Assembly (NCBI GenBank): GCA_964016885.1
Contig: OZ024759.1
Span: forward strand, 3,782,001 to 3,846,000
Source of the DNA: Eledone cirrhosa
Lineage: Eukaryota
Length of the DNA stretch: 64,000 bases
Direction of reading: 5' to 3'
The first letter of the stretch is position 1, and each line of letters begins with the position of its first letter. The position numbers and the translations under genes are program-made. Below the pieces are notes generated by a model, which was given only the letters and a program-made list of their open reading frames with translations, had not been told where the DNA came from and did no database searches. Shown here in pieces: positions 54,401 through 64,000 of the stretch.

Positions 54401-55500
54401 GTGTGCCTACAATGTCTGTGTGCCTACAATGTCTGTGTGCCTACAATGTCTGCGTGTCTACAATGTCTGCGTGTCTACAGTGTCTGTGTGTCTACAGTGT
54501 CTGTGTGCCTACAATGTCTGTGTGTCAACAGTGACTGTGTGTCTACAGTGTCTGTGTGTCTACAGTGTCTGTGTGTCTACAGTGTCTGTGTGCCTACAAT
54601 GTCTGTGTGCCTACAATGTCTGTGTGCCTACAATGTCTGCGTGTCTACAGTGTCTGTGTGTCTACAGTGTCTGTGTGTCTACAGTGTCTGTGTGTCTACA
54701 GTGTCTGTGTGTCTGTGTCTACAGTGTCTGTGTGTCTACAGTGTCTGTGTGTCTACAGTGTCTGTGTGTCCACAATGTCTGTGTGTCTACAATGTCTGTG
54801 TGTCTACAATGTCTGTGTGTCTACAGTGTCTGTGTGTCTACAGTGTCTGTATCTACATTGTCTGTATCTACAGTGTCTGTGTCTCTACAGTGTCTATGTC
54901 TACAATGTCTGTGTGTCTACAGTGTCTGTGTGTCTACAGTGTCTGTGTGTCTACAGTGTCTGTGTCTAAAGTGTCTGTGTGTCTACAATGTCTGTGTGTC
55001 TACAGTGACTGTGTGTCTACAGTGTCTGTGTGTCTAAAATGTCTGTGTCTACAGTTTCTGTGTCTACAGTGTCTGTGTGTCTACAATGTCTGTGTGTCTA
55101 CAGTGTCTGTGTGTCTACACTGTCTGTGTCTACAATGTCTGTGTGTCTACAGTGTCTGTGTCTACAATGTCTGTGTCTACAGTGACTGTGTGTCTACAGT
55201 GTCTCTGTGTCTACAATGCCTGTGTCTACAGTGTTTGTGTGTCTACAGTGTCTGTGTCTACAGTGTCTGTGTGTCTACAGTGTCTGTGTGTCTACAATGT
55301 CTGTGTGTCTACAATGTCTGTGTGTCTACAGTGTCTGTGTGTCTACAGTGTCTGTGTGTCTACAGTGTCTGTGTTTCTACAGTATCTGTGTGTCTACAGT
55401 GACTGTATATACAGTGTCTGTGTGTCTACAGTGTCTGTGTGTCTACAATGCCTTTGTCTACAGTGTCTGTGTGTCTACAGTGTCTGTGTGTCTAAAATGT
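51500..55500 (+). repeat. Imperfect tandem block duplication, about 2.0 kb unit
   Basis: gtctaaaatgtctacag at ~51531, ~53549 and ~55490; gtcaacagtgactg at ~52119 and ~54167; pseudo-ORF ends at 52129 and 54177 (offset 2048). Confidence 0.7.
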
Positions 55501-56649
55501 CTACAGTGACTGTGTGTCTACAGTGTCTGTGTGTCTACAATGCCTTTGTCTACAGTGTTTATGTGTCTACAATGCCTGTGTCTACAGTGCCTGTGTCTAC
55601 AGTGCCTGTGTCTCTACAGTGTCTGTGTCTACAGTGTCTGTGTGTCTACAGTGTCTGTGTGTCTACAATGTCTGTGTGTCTACAATGTCTGTGTGTCTAC
55701 AATGTCTGTTTGTCTACAATGTCTGTGTGTCTACAGTGACTGTATATACAGTGTCTGTGTGTCTACAGTGTCTGTGTGTCTACAGTGTCTGTGTGTCTAC
55801 AATGCCTGTGTCTACAGTGTCTGTGTCTACTGTGTCTACAGTGTCTGTGTCTACTGTGTCTACAGTGTCTGTGTCTACAGTGTCTGAGTCTACAATGTCT
55901 GTGTGTCTACAGTGTCTGTGTGTGTACAGTGTCTGTGTCTACAGTGTCTGTGTCTACAGTGTCTGTGTCTACAGTGTCTGTGTGACTACAGTGTCTGAGT
56001 CTACAATGTCTGTGTGTCTACAATGCCTGTGTCTACAGTGTCCGTGTGTCTGTGTCTACAGTGTCTGAGTCTACAATGTATGTGTGTCTACAGTGTCTGT
56101 GCCTACAATGCCTGTGTCTACAGTGTCTGTGTGTCTACAGTGTCTGTGTCTACAGTGTCTGAGTCTACAATGTCTGTGTGTCTACAGTGTCTGTGTCTAC
56201 AATGTCTGTGTCTACAGTGTCCGTGTGTCTGTCTACAGAGTCTGTGTGTCTACAGTGTCTGTGTCTACAGTGACTGTGTGTCTACAGTGTCTGTGTGTCT
56301 ACAATATGTGTCCACAGTGTCCGTGTGTCTGTCTACAGTGTCTGTGTGTCTACAGTGTCTGTGTCTACAGTGCCTGTGTGTCTACGTCTGTGTGTCTACA
56401 CTGTCTGTCTGTCTACAGTGTTTGTGTGTCTACAGTGTTTGTGTGTCTACACTGTCTGTCTGTCTACAGTGTTTGTGTGTCTACAGTGTCTGTGTTTCTA
56501 CAGTGTCTGGGTGTCTACAGTGACTATATATACAGTGTCTGTGTGTCTACAGTGTCTGTGTGTCTACAGTGTCTGTGTGTCTACAGTGTCTGTGTGTCTA
56601 CAATGTCTGTTTCTACAGTGTCTGTGTGTCTAAAATGTCTGTGTCTACA

Positions 56650-59600
56650 GTGACTGTGTGTCTACAATGTCTGTGTGTCTACAGTGACTGTGTGTCTACA
56701 ATGTCTGTGTGTCTACAATGTCTGTGTGTCTACAGTGCCTGTGTCTACAGTGCCTGTGTCTCTACAGTGTCTGTGCCTACAATGCCTGTGTCTACAGTGT
56801 CTGTGTCTACAGTGTCTGTGTCTACAGTGTCTGAGTCTACAATGTCTGTGTGTCTACAGTGTCTGTGTCTACAGTGTATGTGTCTACAGTGACTGTGTGT
56901 CTACAGTGTCTGTGTGTCTACAACATGTGTCTACAGTGTCTGTGTCTACAGTGTCTGTGTGTCTACACTGTCTGTCTGTCTACAGTGTTTGTGTGTCTAA
57001 AGTGTCTGTGTGTCTACAATGTATGTGTGTATACAGTGTCTGTGTGTCTACGTCTGTGTGTCTACAGTGTCTGTGTGTCTACAGTGTCTGTGTCTCTACA
57101 TTGTCTGTGTGTCTACAGTGTCTGTGTCTACAGTGTCTGTGTGTCTACAGTGTCTGTGTGTCTACAATGCCTGTGTCTACAGTGTATGTGTGTCTACAGT
57201 GTCTGTGTGTCTACAGTGTCTGTGTCTACTGTGTCTACAGTGTCTGTGTCTACTGTGTCTACAGTGTCTGTGTCTACAATGTCTGTGTGTCTACAGAGTC
57301 TGTGTGTGTACAGTGTCTGTGTCTACAGTGTCTGTGTCTACAGTGTCTGAGTCTACAATGTCTGTGTGTCCGTGTCTACATTGTCTGTGTCTACAGTGTC
57401 TGAGTCTACAGTGCCTGTGTCTACAGTGTCTGTGTGTCTACAGTGTCTGTGTCTACAGTGTCTGTGTCTACAGTGTCTGAGTCTACAATGTCTGTGTGTC
57501 TACAATGCCTGTGTCTACAGTGTCCGTGTGTCTGTGTCTACAGTGTCTGAGTCTACAATGTATGTGTGTCTACAGTGTCTGTGCCTACAATGCCTGTGTC
57601 TACAGTGTCTGTGTCTAAAGTGTCTGTGTCTACAATGTCTGTGTGTCTACAGTGTCTGTATCTACAGTGTCTGTGTGTCTAAAATGTCTGTGTCTACAGT
57701 GACTGTGTGTCTACAGTGTCTGTGTGTCTACAATGTTTGTGTGTCTACAGTGTCTGTGTGTCTACAGTGTCTGTGTCTACAATGTCTGTGTGTCTACAGT
57801 GTCTGTGTCTACAGTGTCTGTGTGTCTAAAATGTCTGTGTCTACAGTGACTGTGTGTCTACAGTGTCTGTGTGTCTACAATGTTTGTGTGTCTACAGTGT
57901 CTGTGTGTCTACAGTGTCTGTGTCTACAATGTCTGTGTGTCTACAGTGTCTGTGTGTCTAAAATGTCTGTGTCTACAGTGACTGTGTGTCTACAGTGTCT
58001 CTGTGTCTACAATGCCTGTGTCTACAGTGTCTGTGTGTCTACAGTGTCTGTGTCTACAGTGTCTGTGTGTCTACAGTGTCTGTGTGTCTACAATGTCTGT
58101 GTGTCTACAATGTCTGTGTGTCTACAGTGTCTGTGTGTCTACAGTGTCTGTGTGTCTACAGTGACTGTATATACAGTGTCTGTGTGTCTACAGTGTCTGT
58201 GTGTCTACAATGCCTTTGTCTACAGTGTCTGTGTGTCTACAATGTCTGTGTCTACAGTGTCTGTGTGTCTAAAATGTCTACAGTGACTGTGTGTCTACAG
58301 TGTCTGTGTGTCTACAATGTCTGTGTGTCTACAGTGTCTGTGTGTCTACAGTGTTTCTGTGTCTACAGTGTCTGTGTCTACAATGTCTGTGTGTCTACAG
58401 TGTCTGTGTCTACAGTGTCTGTGTGTCAAAAACGTCTGTGTCTACAGTGACTGTGTGTCTACAGTGTCTGTGTGTCTACAATGTTTGTGTGTCTAAAATG
58501 TCTACAGTGACTGTGTGTCTACAGTGTCTGTGTGTCTACAATGCCTTTGTCTACAGTGTTTATGTGTCTACAATGCCTGTGTCTACAGTGCCTGTGTCTA
58601 CAATGTCTGTGTGTCTACAGTGTCTGTGTGTCTACAGTGTCTATGTCTACAGTGTCTGTGTGTCTACAGTGTCTGTGTCTACAGTGTCTGTGTGTCTACA
58701 GTGTCTGTGTGTCTACAATGTCTGTGTGTCTACAATGTCTGTGTGTCTACAATGTCTGTTTGTCTACAATGTCTGTGTGTCTACAGTGACTGTATATACA
58801 GTGTCTGTGTGTCTACAGTGTCTGTGTGTCTACAGTGTCTGTGTGTCTACAATGCCTGTGTCTACAGTGTCTGTGTCTACTGTGTCTACAGTGTCTGTGT
58901 CTACTGTGTCTACAGTGTCTGTGTCTACAGTGTCTGAGTCTACAATGTCTGTGTGTGTACAGTGTCTGTGTGTGTACAGTGTCTGTGTCTACAGTGTCTG
59001 TGTCTACAGTGACTGTGTGTCTACAATGTCTGTGTGTCTACAGTGACTGTGTGTCTACAATGTCTGTGTGTCTACAATGTCTGTGTGTCTACAATGTCTG
59101 TGTGTCTACAGTGCCTGTGTCTACAGTGCCTGTGTCTCTACAGTGTCTGTGCCTACAATGCCTGTGTCTACAGTGTCTGTGTCTACAGTGTCTGTGTCTA
59201 CAGTGTCTGAGTCTACAATGTCTGTGTGTCTACAGTGTCTGTGTCTACAGTGACTGTGTGTCTACAGTGTCTGTGTGTCTACAATATGTGTCTACAGTGT
59301 CTGTGTCTACAGTGTCTGTGTGTCTACACTGTCTGTCTGTCTACAGTGTTTGTGTGTCTAAAGTGTCTGTGTGTCTACAATGTATGTGTGTATACAGTGT
59401 CTGTGTGTCTACAGTGTCTGTGTGTCTACAGTGTCTGTGTCTCTACATTGTCTGTGTGTCTACAGTGTCTGTGTCTACAGTGTCTGTGTGTCTACAGTGT
59501 CTGTGTGTCTACAATGCCTGTGTCTACAGTGTATGTGTGTCTACAGTGTCTGTGTGTCTACAGTGTCTGTGTCTACTGTGTCTACAGTGTCTGTGTCTAC

Positions 59601-60900
59601 TGTGTCTACAGTGTCTGTGTCTACAATGTCTGTGTGTCTACAGAGTCTGTGTGTGTACAGTGTCTGTGTCTACAGTGTCTGTGTCTACAGTGTCTGAGTC
59701 TACAATGTCTGTGTGTCCGTGTGTCTGTGTCTACAGTGTCTGTGTCTACAGTGTCTGAGTCTACAGTGCCTGTGTCTACAGTGTCTGTGTGTCTACAGTG
59801 TCTGTGTCTACAGTGTCTGAGTCTACAATGTCTGTGTGTCCGTGTGTCTGTGTCTACAGTGTCTGTGTCTACAGTGTCCGAGTCTACAGTGCCTGTGTCT
59901 ACAGTGTCTGTGTGTCTACAGTGTCTGTGTCTACAGTGTCTGAGTCTACAATGTATGTGTGTCTACAGTGTCTGTGCCTACAATGCCTGTGTCTACAGTG
60001 TCTGTGTCTAAAGTGTCTGTGTCTACAATGTCTGTGTGTCTACAGTGTCTGTATCTACAGTGTCTGTGTGTCTAAAATGTCTGTGTCTACAGTGACTGTG
60101 TATCTACAGTGTCTGTGTGTCTACAATGTTTGTGTGTCTACAGTGTCTGTGTGTCTACAGTGTCTGTGTCTACAATGTCTGTGTGTCTACAGTGTCTGTG
60201 TCTACAGTGTCTGTGTGTCTAAAATGTCTGTGTCTACAGTGACTGTGTGTCTACAGTGTCTGTGTGTCTACAATGTTTGTGTGTCTACAGTGTCTGTGTA
60301 TCTACAGTGTCTGTGTCTACAATGTCTGTGTGTCTACAGTGTCTGTGTCTACAGTGTCTGTGTCTACAGTGTCTGTGTGTCTAAAATGTCTGTGTCTACA
60401 GTGACTGTGTGTCTACAGTGTCTCTGTGTCTACAATGCCTGTGTCTACAGTGTCTGTGTGTCTACAGTGTCTGTGTCTACAGTGTCTGTGTGTCTACAGT
60501 GTCTGTGTGTCTACAATGTCTGTGTGTCTACAATGTCTGTGTGTCTACAGTGTCTGTGTGTCTACAGTGTCTGTGTGTCTACAGTGACTGTATATACAGT
60601 GTCTGTGTGTCTACAGTGTCTGTGTGTCTACAATGCCTTTGTCTACAGTGTCTGTGTGTCTACAATGTCTGTGTCTACAGTGTCTGTGTGTCTAAAATGT
60701 CTACAGTGACTGTGTGTCTACAGTGTCTGTGTGTCTACAATGTCTGTGTGTCTACAGTGTCTGTGTGTCTACAGTGTTTCTGTGTCTACAGTGTCTGTGT
60801 CTACAATGTCTGTGTGTCTACAGTGTCTGTGTCTACAGTGTCTGTGTGTCAAAAATGTCTGTGTCTACAGTGACTGTGTGTCTACAGTGTCTGTGTGTCT
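56650..60900 (+). repeat. Tandem block duplication, about 2.4 kb unit
   Basis: Pseudo-ORFs 57986/60409 and 58291/60714 (offset 2423); private gtcaaaaa variant at ~58425 and ~60848. Confidence 0.8.
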
Positions 60901-61339
60901 ACAATGTTTGTGTGTCTACAGTGTCTGTGTGTCTACACTGTCTGTGTCTACAATGTCTGTGTGTCTACAGTGTCTGTGTCTACAGTGTCTACAGTGTCTG
61001 TGTCTACAGTGTCTGTGTCTACAGTGTCTGTGTGTCTACAGTGTCTGTGTGTCTACAATGTCTGTGTTTCTACAGTGTCTGTGTGTCTACAGTGACTGTA
61101 TATACAGCGTATGTATGTCTACAGCGTCTGTGTGTCTACAGTGTCTGTGTGTCTACAATGCCTGTGTCTACAGTGTATGTGTGTCTACAGTGTCTGTGTC
61201 TACAGTGTCTGTGTCTACTGTGTCTACAGTGTCTGTGTCTACAGTGTCTGAGTCTACAATGTCTGTGTGTCTATAGTGTCTGTGTGTGTACAGTGTCTGT
61301 GTCTACAGTGTCTGTGTCTACAGTGTCTGTGTCTACAGT

Positions 61340-63625
61340 GTCTGAGTCTACAGTGCCTGTGTCTACAGTGTCTGTGTGTCTACAGTGTCTGTGTCTACAG
61401 TGTCTGAGTCTACCATGTCTGTGTGTCTACAATGCCTGTGTCTACAGTGTCCGTGTGTCTGTGTCTACAGTGTCTGAGTCTACAATGCATGTGTGTCTAC
61501 AGTGTCTGTGCCTACAATGCCTGTGTCTACAGTGTCTGTGTGTCTACAGTGTCTGTGTCTACAGTGTCTGTGTCTACAGTGTCTGAGTCTACAATGTCTG
61601 TGTGTCTACAGTGTCTGTGTCTACAATGTCTGTGTCTACAGTGTCCGTGTGTCTGTCTACAGTGTCTGTGTGTCTACAGTGTCTGTGTCCACAGTGACTG
61701 TGTGTCTACAGTGTCTGTGTGTCTACAATATGTGTCTACAGTGTCCGTGTGTCTGTCTACAGTGTCTGTTTGTCTACAGTGTCTGTGTCTACAGTGTCTG
61801 TGTCTACAGTGTCTGTGTCTACAGTGTCTGTGTCTCTACATTGTCTGTGTGTCTACAATGTCTGTGTCTACAGTGTCTGTGTGTCTGTGTGGCTACAATG
61901 TCTCTGTGTCTACAGTGTCTGTGGTTCTACAGTGTCTGTGTGTCTGTGTGGCTACAATGTCTGTGTGTCTACAGTGTCTTAGTCAACAGTTTCTGTGTCA
62001 ACAGTGTCTGTGTCTACAGTGTCTGTGTGTCTACAATGTCTGTGTCTACAGTGTCTGTATGTCTACAGTGTCTGTGTGTCTACAGTGTGTGTGTGTCTAC
62101 AGTGTCTGTGTGTCTACAGTGTCTGTGTGCCTACAATGTCTGTGTGTCTACAGTGTCTGTGTCTACAGTGTCTGTGTGTCTACAATGTCTGTGTGTCTAC
62201 AGTGTGTGTGTCTACAGTGTCTGTGTGTCTACAGTGTCTGTGTGTCTACAGTGTCTGTGTCTACAGTGTCTGTGTCTACAGTGTCTGTGTGTCTACAGTG
62301 TCTGTGTGTCTACAGTGTCTGTGTGCCTACAATGTCTGTGTGTCTACAGTGTCTGTGTCTACAGTGTCTGTGTCTACAGTGTCTGTGTGTCTACAATGTC
62401 TGTGTGTCTACAATGTCTGTGTGTCTACAGTGTCTGTGTGTCTACAGTGTCTGTGTGTCTACAGTTTCTGTGTCTACAGTGTCTGAGTCTACAGTGCCTG
62501 TGTCTACAGTGTCTGTGTGTCTACAGTGTCTGTGTCTACAGTGTCTGAGTCTACAATGTCTGTGTGTCTACAATGCCTGTGTCTACAGTGTCCGTGTGTC
62601 TGTGTCTACAGTGTCTGAGTCTACAATGCATGTGTGTCTACAGTGTCTGTGCCTACAATGCCTGTGTCTACAGTGTCTGTGTGTCTACAGTGTCTGTGTC
62701 TACAGTGTCTGTGTCTACAGTGTCTGAGTCTACAATGTCTGTGTGTCTACAGTGTCTGTGTCTACAATGTCTGTGTCTACAGTGTCCGTGTGTCTGTCTA
62801 CAGTGTCTGTGTGTCTACAGTGTCTGTGTCCACAGTGACTGTGTGTCTACAGTGTCTGTGTGTCTACAATATGTGTCTACAGTGTCCGTGTGTCTGTCTA
62901 CAGTGTCTGTTTGTCTACAGTGTCTGTGTCTACAGTGTCTGTGTCTACAGTGTCTGTGTCTCTACATTGTCTGTGTGTCTACAATGTCTGTGTCTACAGT
63001 GTCTGGGTGTCTACAGTGTCTGTGTGGCTACAATGTCTGTGTGTCTACAGTGTCTGTGGTTCTACAGTGTCTGTGTGTCTGTGTGGCTACAATGTCTGTG
63101 TGTCTACAGTGTCTTAGTCAACAGTTTCTGTGTCAACAGTGTCTGTGTGTCTACAATGTCTGTGTCTACAGTGTCTGTATGTCTACAGTGTCTGTGTGTC
63201 TACAGTGTGTGTGTGTCTACAGTGTCTGTGTGTCTACAGTGTCTGTGTGCCTACAATGTCTGTGTGTCTACAGTGTCTGTGTCTACAGTGTCTGTGTGTC
63301 TACAATGTCTGTGTGTCTACAGTGTGTGTGTCTACAGTGTCTGTGTGTCTACAGTGTCTGTGTGTCTACAGTGTCTGTGTCTACAGTGTCTGTGTCTACA
63401 GTGTCTGTGTGTCTACAGTGTCTGTGTGTCTACAGTGTCTGTGTGCCTACAATGTCTGTGTGTCTACAGTGTCTGTGTCTACAGTGTCTGTGTCTACAGT
63501 GTCTGTGTCTACAGTGTCTGTGTGTCTACAATGTCTGTGTGTCTACAATGTCTGTGTGTCTACAGTGTCTGTGTGTCTACAGTGTCTGTGTGTCTACAGT
63601 GTCTGTGTGTCTACAGTTTCTGTGT
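61340..63625 (+). repeat. Terminal tandem block duplication, 1141-bp unit, adjacent to the LINE junction
   Basis: Pseudo-ORF starts 61423/62564, 61493/62634 and 61719/62860 are all offset by 1141. Private variants gtcttagtcaacagtttctg (~61976, ~63111), gtggttctac, ggctac and aatgcatg occur only in these two copies. Confidence 0.88.
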
Positions 63626-63998
63626 CTACAGTGTCAGTGTCTACAGTGTCTGTGTCCCACTGTCCCTCTATATTGTCCGACTCTAAATGCTCTTCCTTAC
63701 TGTCGAAAGCATCAAGTAATATGCTTTGAAATTTATTTCTGGCTGTGGGGTCCTTTAGCTTCCATATTTTTCTCTTGAGGATAGTCCTCTTCTGCTGTCG
63801 AGTACGTCTCGTCCTGACTATGAGGTCGCTAATTATCAGTCTATGTTGGGAGGTGCTTTCTTCATGGGGGAGGGATTTAGTGTTTACAACAGACACTCTG
63901 TCACGTCTTCTGGTAAGGATATAATCTACCTGGCTGGTATGTTCCCCTGATCTGTAGATGATCAAGCGATTGTCTCGTTTTTTGAAGTTAGTGTTACA
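63594..63998 (-). pseudogene. 5'-open LINE ORF, truncated by the satellite: 114 stop-free LINE codons followed in frame by DTDTV-DTDTV-DTETV-DTQTL-stop
   Basis: The frame stays open upstream of the track's TTG at 63965 (11 more codons to 63998). The stop is TAG at 63594-63596, in the first 17-bp monomer boundary. No reverse transcriptase domain lies within the window. Confidence 0.7.
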
Positions 63999-64000
63999 GA
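63657..64000 (-). mobile_element. Non-LTR retrotransposon (LINE, probably RTE clade) fragment: C-terminal part of the APE-type endonuclease plus start of the EN-RT linker; continues beyond the right edge
   Basis: Minus-strand translation CNTNFKKRDNRLIIYRSGEHTSQVDYILTRRRDRVSVVNTKSLPHEESTSQHRLIISDL...KRKIWKLKD...EGQW matches by recognition the NTxF(K)K, (T)YxSG..SQ(I/V)DYIL and xQHR motifs of RTE-like (CFDP2-like) EEP endonucleases. The clade call comes from motif memory, not a search. Confidence 0.88.

Larger units (their letters stand above)
1..63656 (+). repeat. Large tandem satellite/minisatellite array of mixed 17-bp and 15-bp monomers, consensus TCTACA(G/A)TGTCTGTG(TG); continues beyond the left edge
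   Basis: The head-to-tail monomer is visible on every line, in one orientation, with no unique interruptions seen. 17-mer composition is T7 G5 C3 A2 (47% GC, no CpG). The last recognisable repeat bases are ...ctacagtgtctgtgtc ending at 63656. Confidence 0.99.
47001..63656 (+). repeat. Diverged outer layer of the array with private monomer variants and local block duplications
   Basis: TAAGG, TCTAGA and CTGCAG variants are not seen here. New variants appear: aatgcctttg, taaaatgtctacag, gtcaaaaa, ggctac, gtcttagtcaac, aatgcatg. The boundary is approximate. Confidence 0.8.

Noticed and set aside
1-63656. CRISPR array
   Set aside because: There are no unique spacers and no cas genes, and the flank is a eukaryotic-type LINE.
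1-63656. Telomeric repeat tract or telomerase healing at a broken LINE
   Set aside because: The GT-rich strand runs 5'-3' towards the unique flank, opposite to telomere polarity, and kb-scale shared variant blocks indicate recombinational rather than templated synthesis.
1-63656. Z-DNA or G-quadruplex potential of the GT-rich strand
   Set aside because: Alternating TG runs are short and broken by TCT in each unit, and G-runs are essentially absent.
23-63778. Hundreds of plus-strand Cys/Val-rich ORFs resembling keratin-associated or metallothionein-like proteins
   Set aside because: They overlap in all three frames, mostly start at GTG inside monomers, and are simply translations of a stop-free 17/15-bp repeat. 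The 15/17 mixture does not preserve frame.
63657-63778. Unique C-terminal tails of plus-strand ORFs 62564..63778, 62634..63686 and 63130..63729
   Set aside because: They are antisense read-through into the LINE, with no recognisable motif.
63963-63965. TTG start of the 123-aa minus-strand ORF
   Set aside because: The frame is open to the window edge and the conserved NTxFKK motif lies upstream, so this is an internal Leu codon.
63657-64000. Host gene CFDP2 (craniofacial development protein 2)
   Set aside because: That label is commonly transferred to RTE endonucleases. No BCNT domain or exon structure is visible, so no gene symbol is assigned.

Overview
This window is almost entirely one eukaryotic-type tandem satellite/minisatellite array (1 to ~63656, open at the left edge). 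It is built from interspersed 17-bp (TCTACAGTGTCTGTGTG) and 15-bp (TCTACAGTGTCTGTG) monomers, roughly 3,900 units by length estimate. Diagnostic variants show an irregular 2.9-6.0 kb higher-order structure over 1-~47 kb and a more diverged outer layer (~47-63.6 kb) with private variants and local 0.9-2.4 kb tandem duplications. The last 344 bp are unique sequence: a minus-strand, stop-free fragment of a non-LTR retrotransposon (RTE-like) APE endonuclease plus linker. The array begins exactly after its 'EGQW' codons, and the ORF reads on in frame through three 15-bp monomers before stopping. The most interesting candidate system is a giant satellite anchored inside, and possibly born from, a LINE open reading frame. 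All plus-strand ORFs are repeat artefacts. Marker positions were read by eye and may be off by a few bases.
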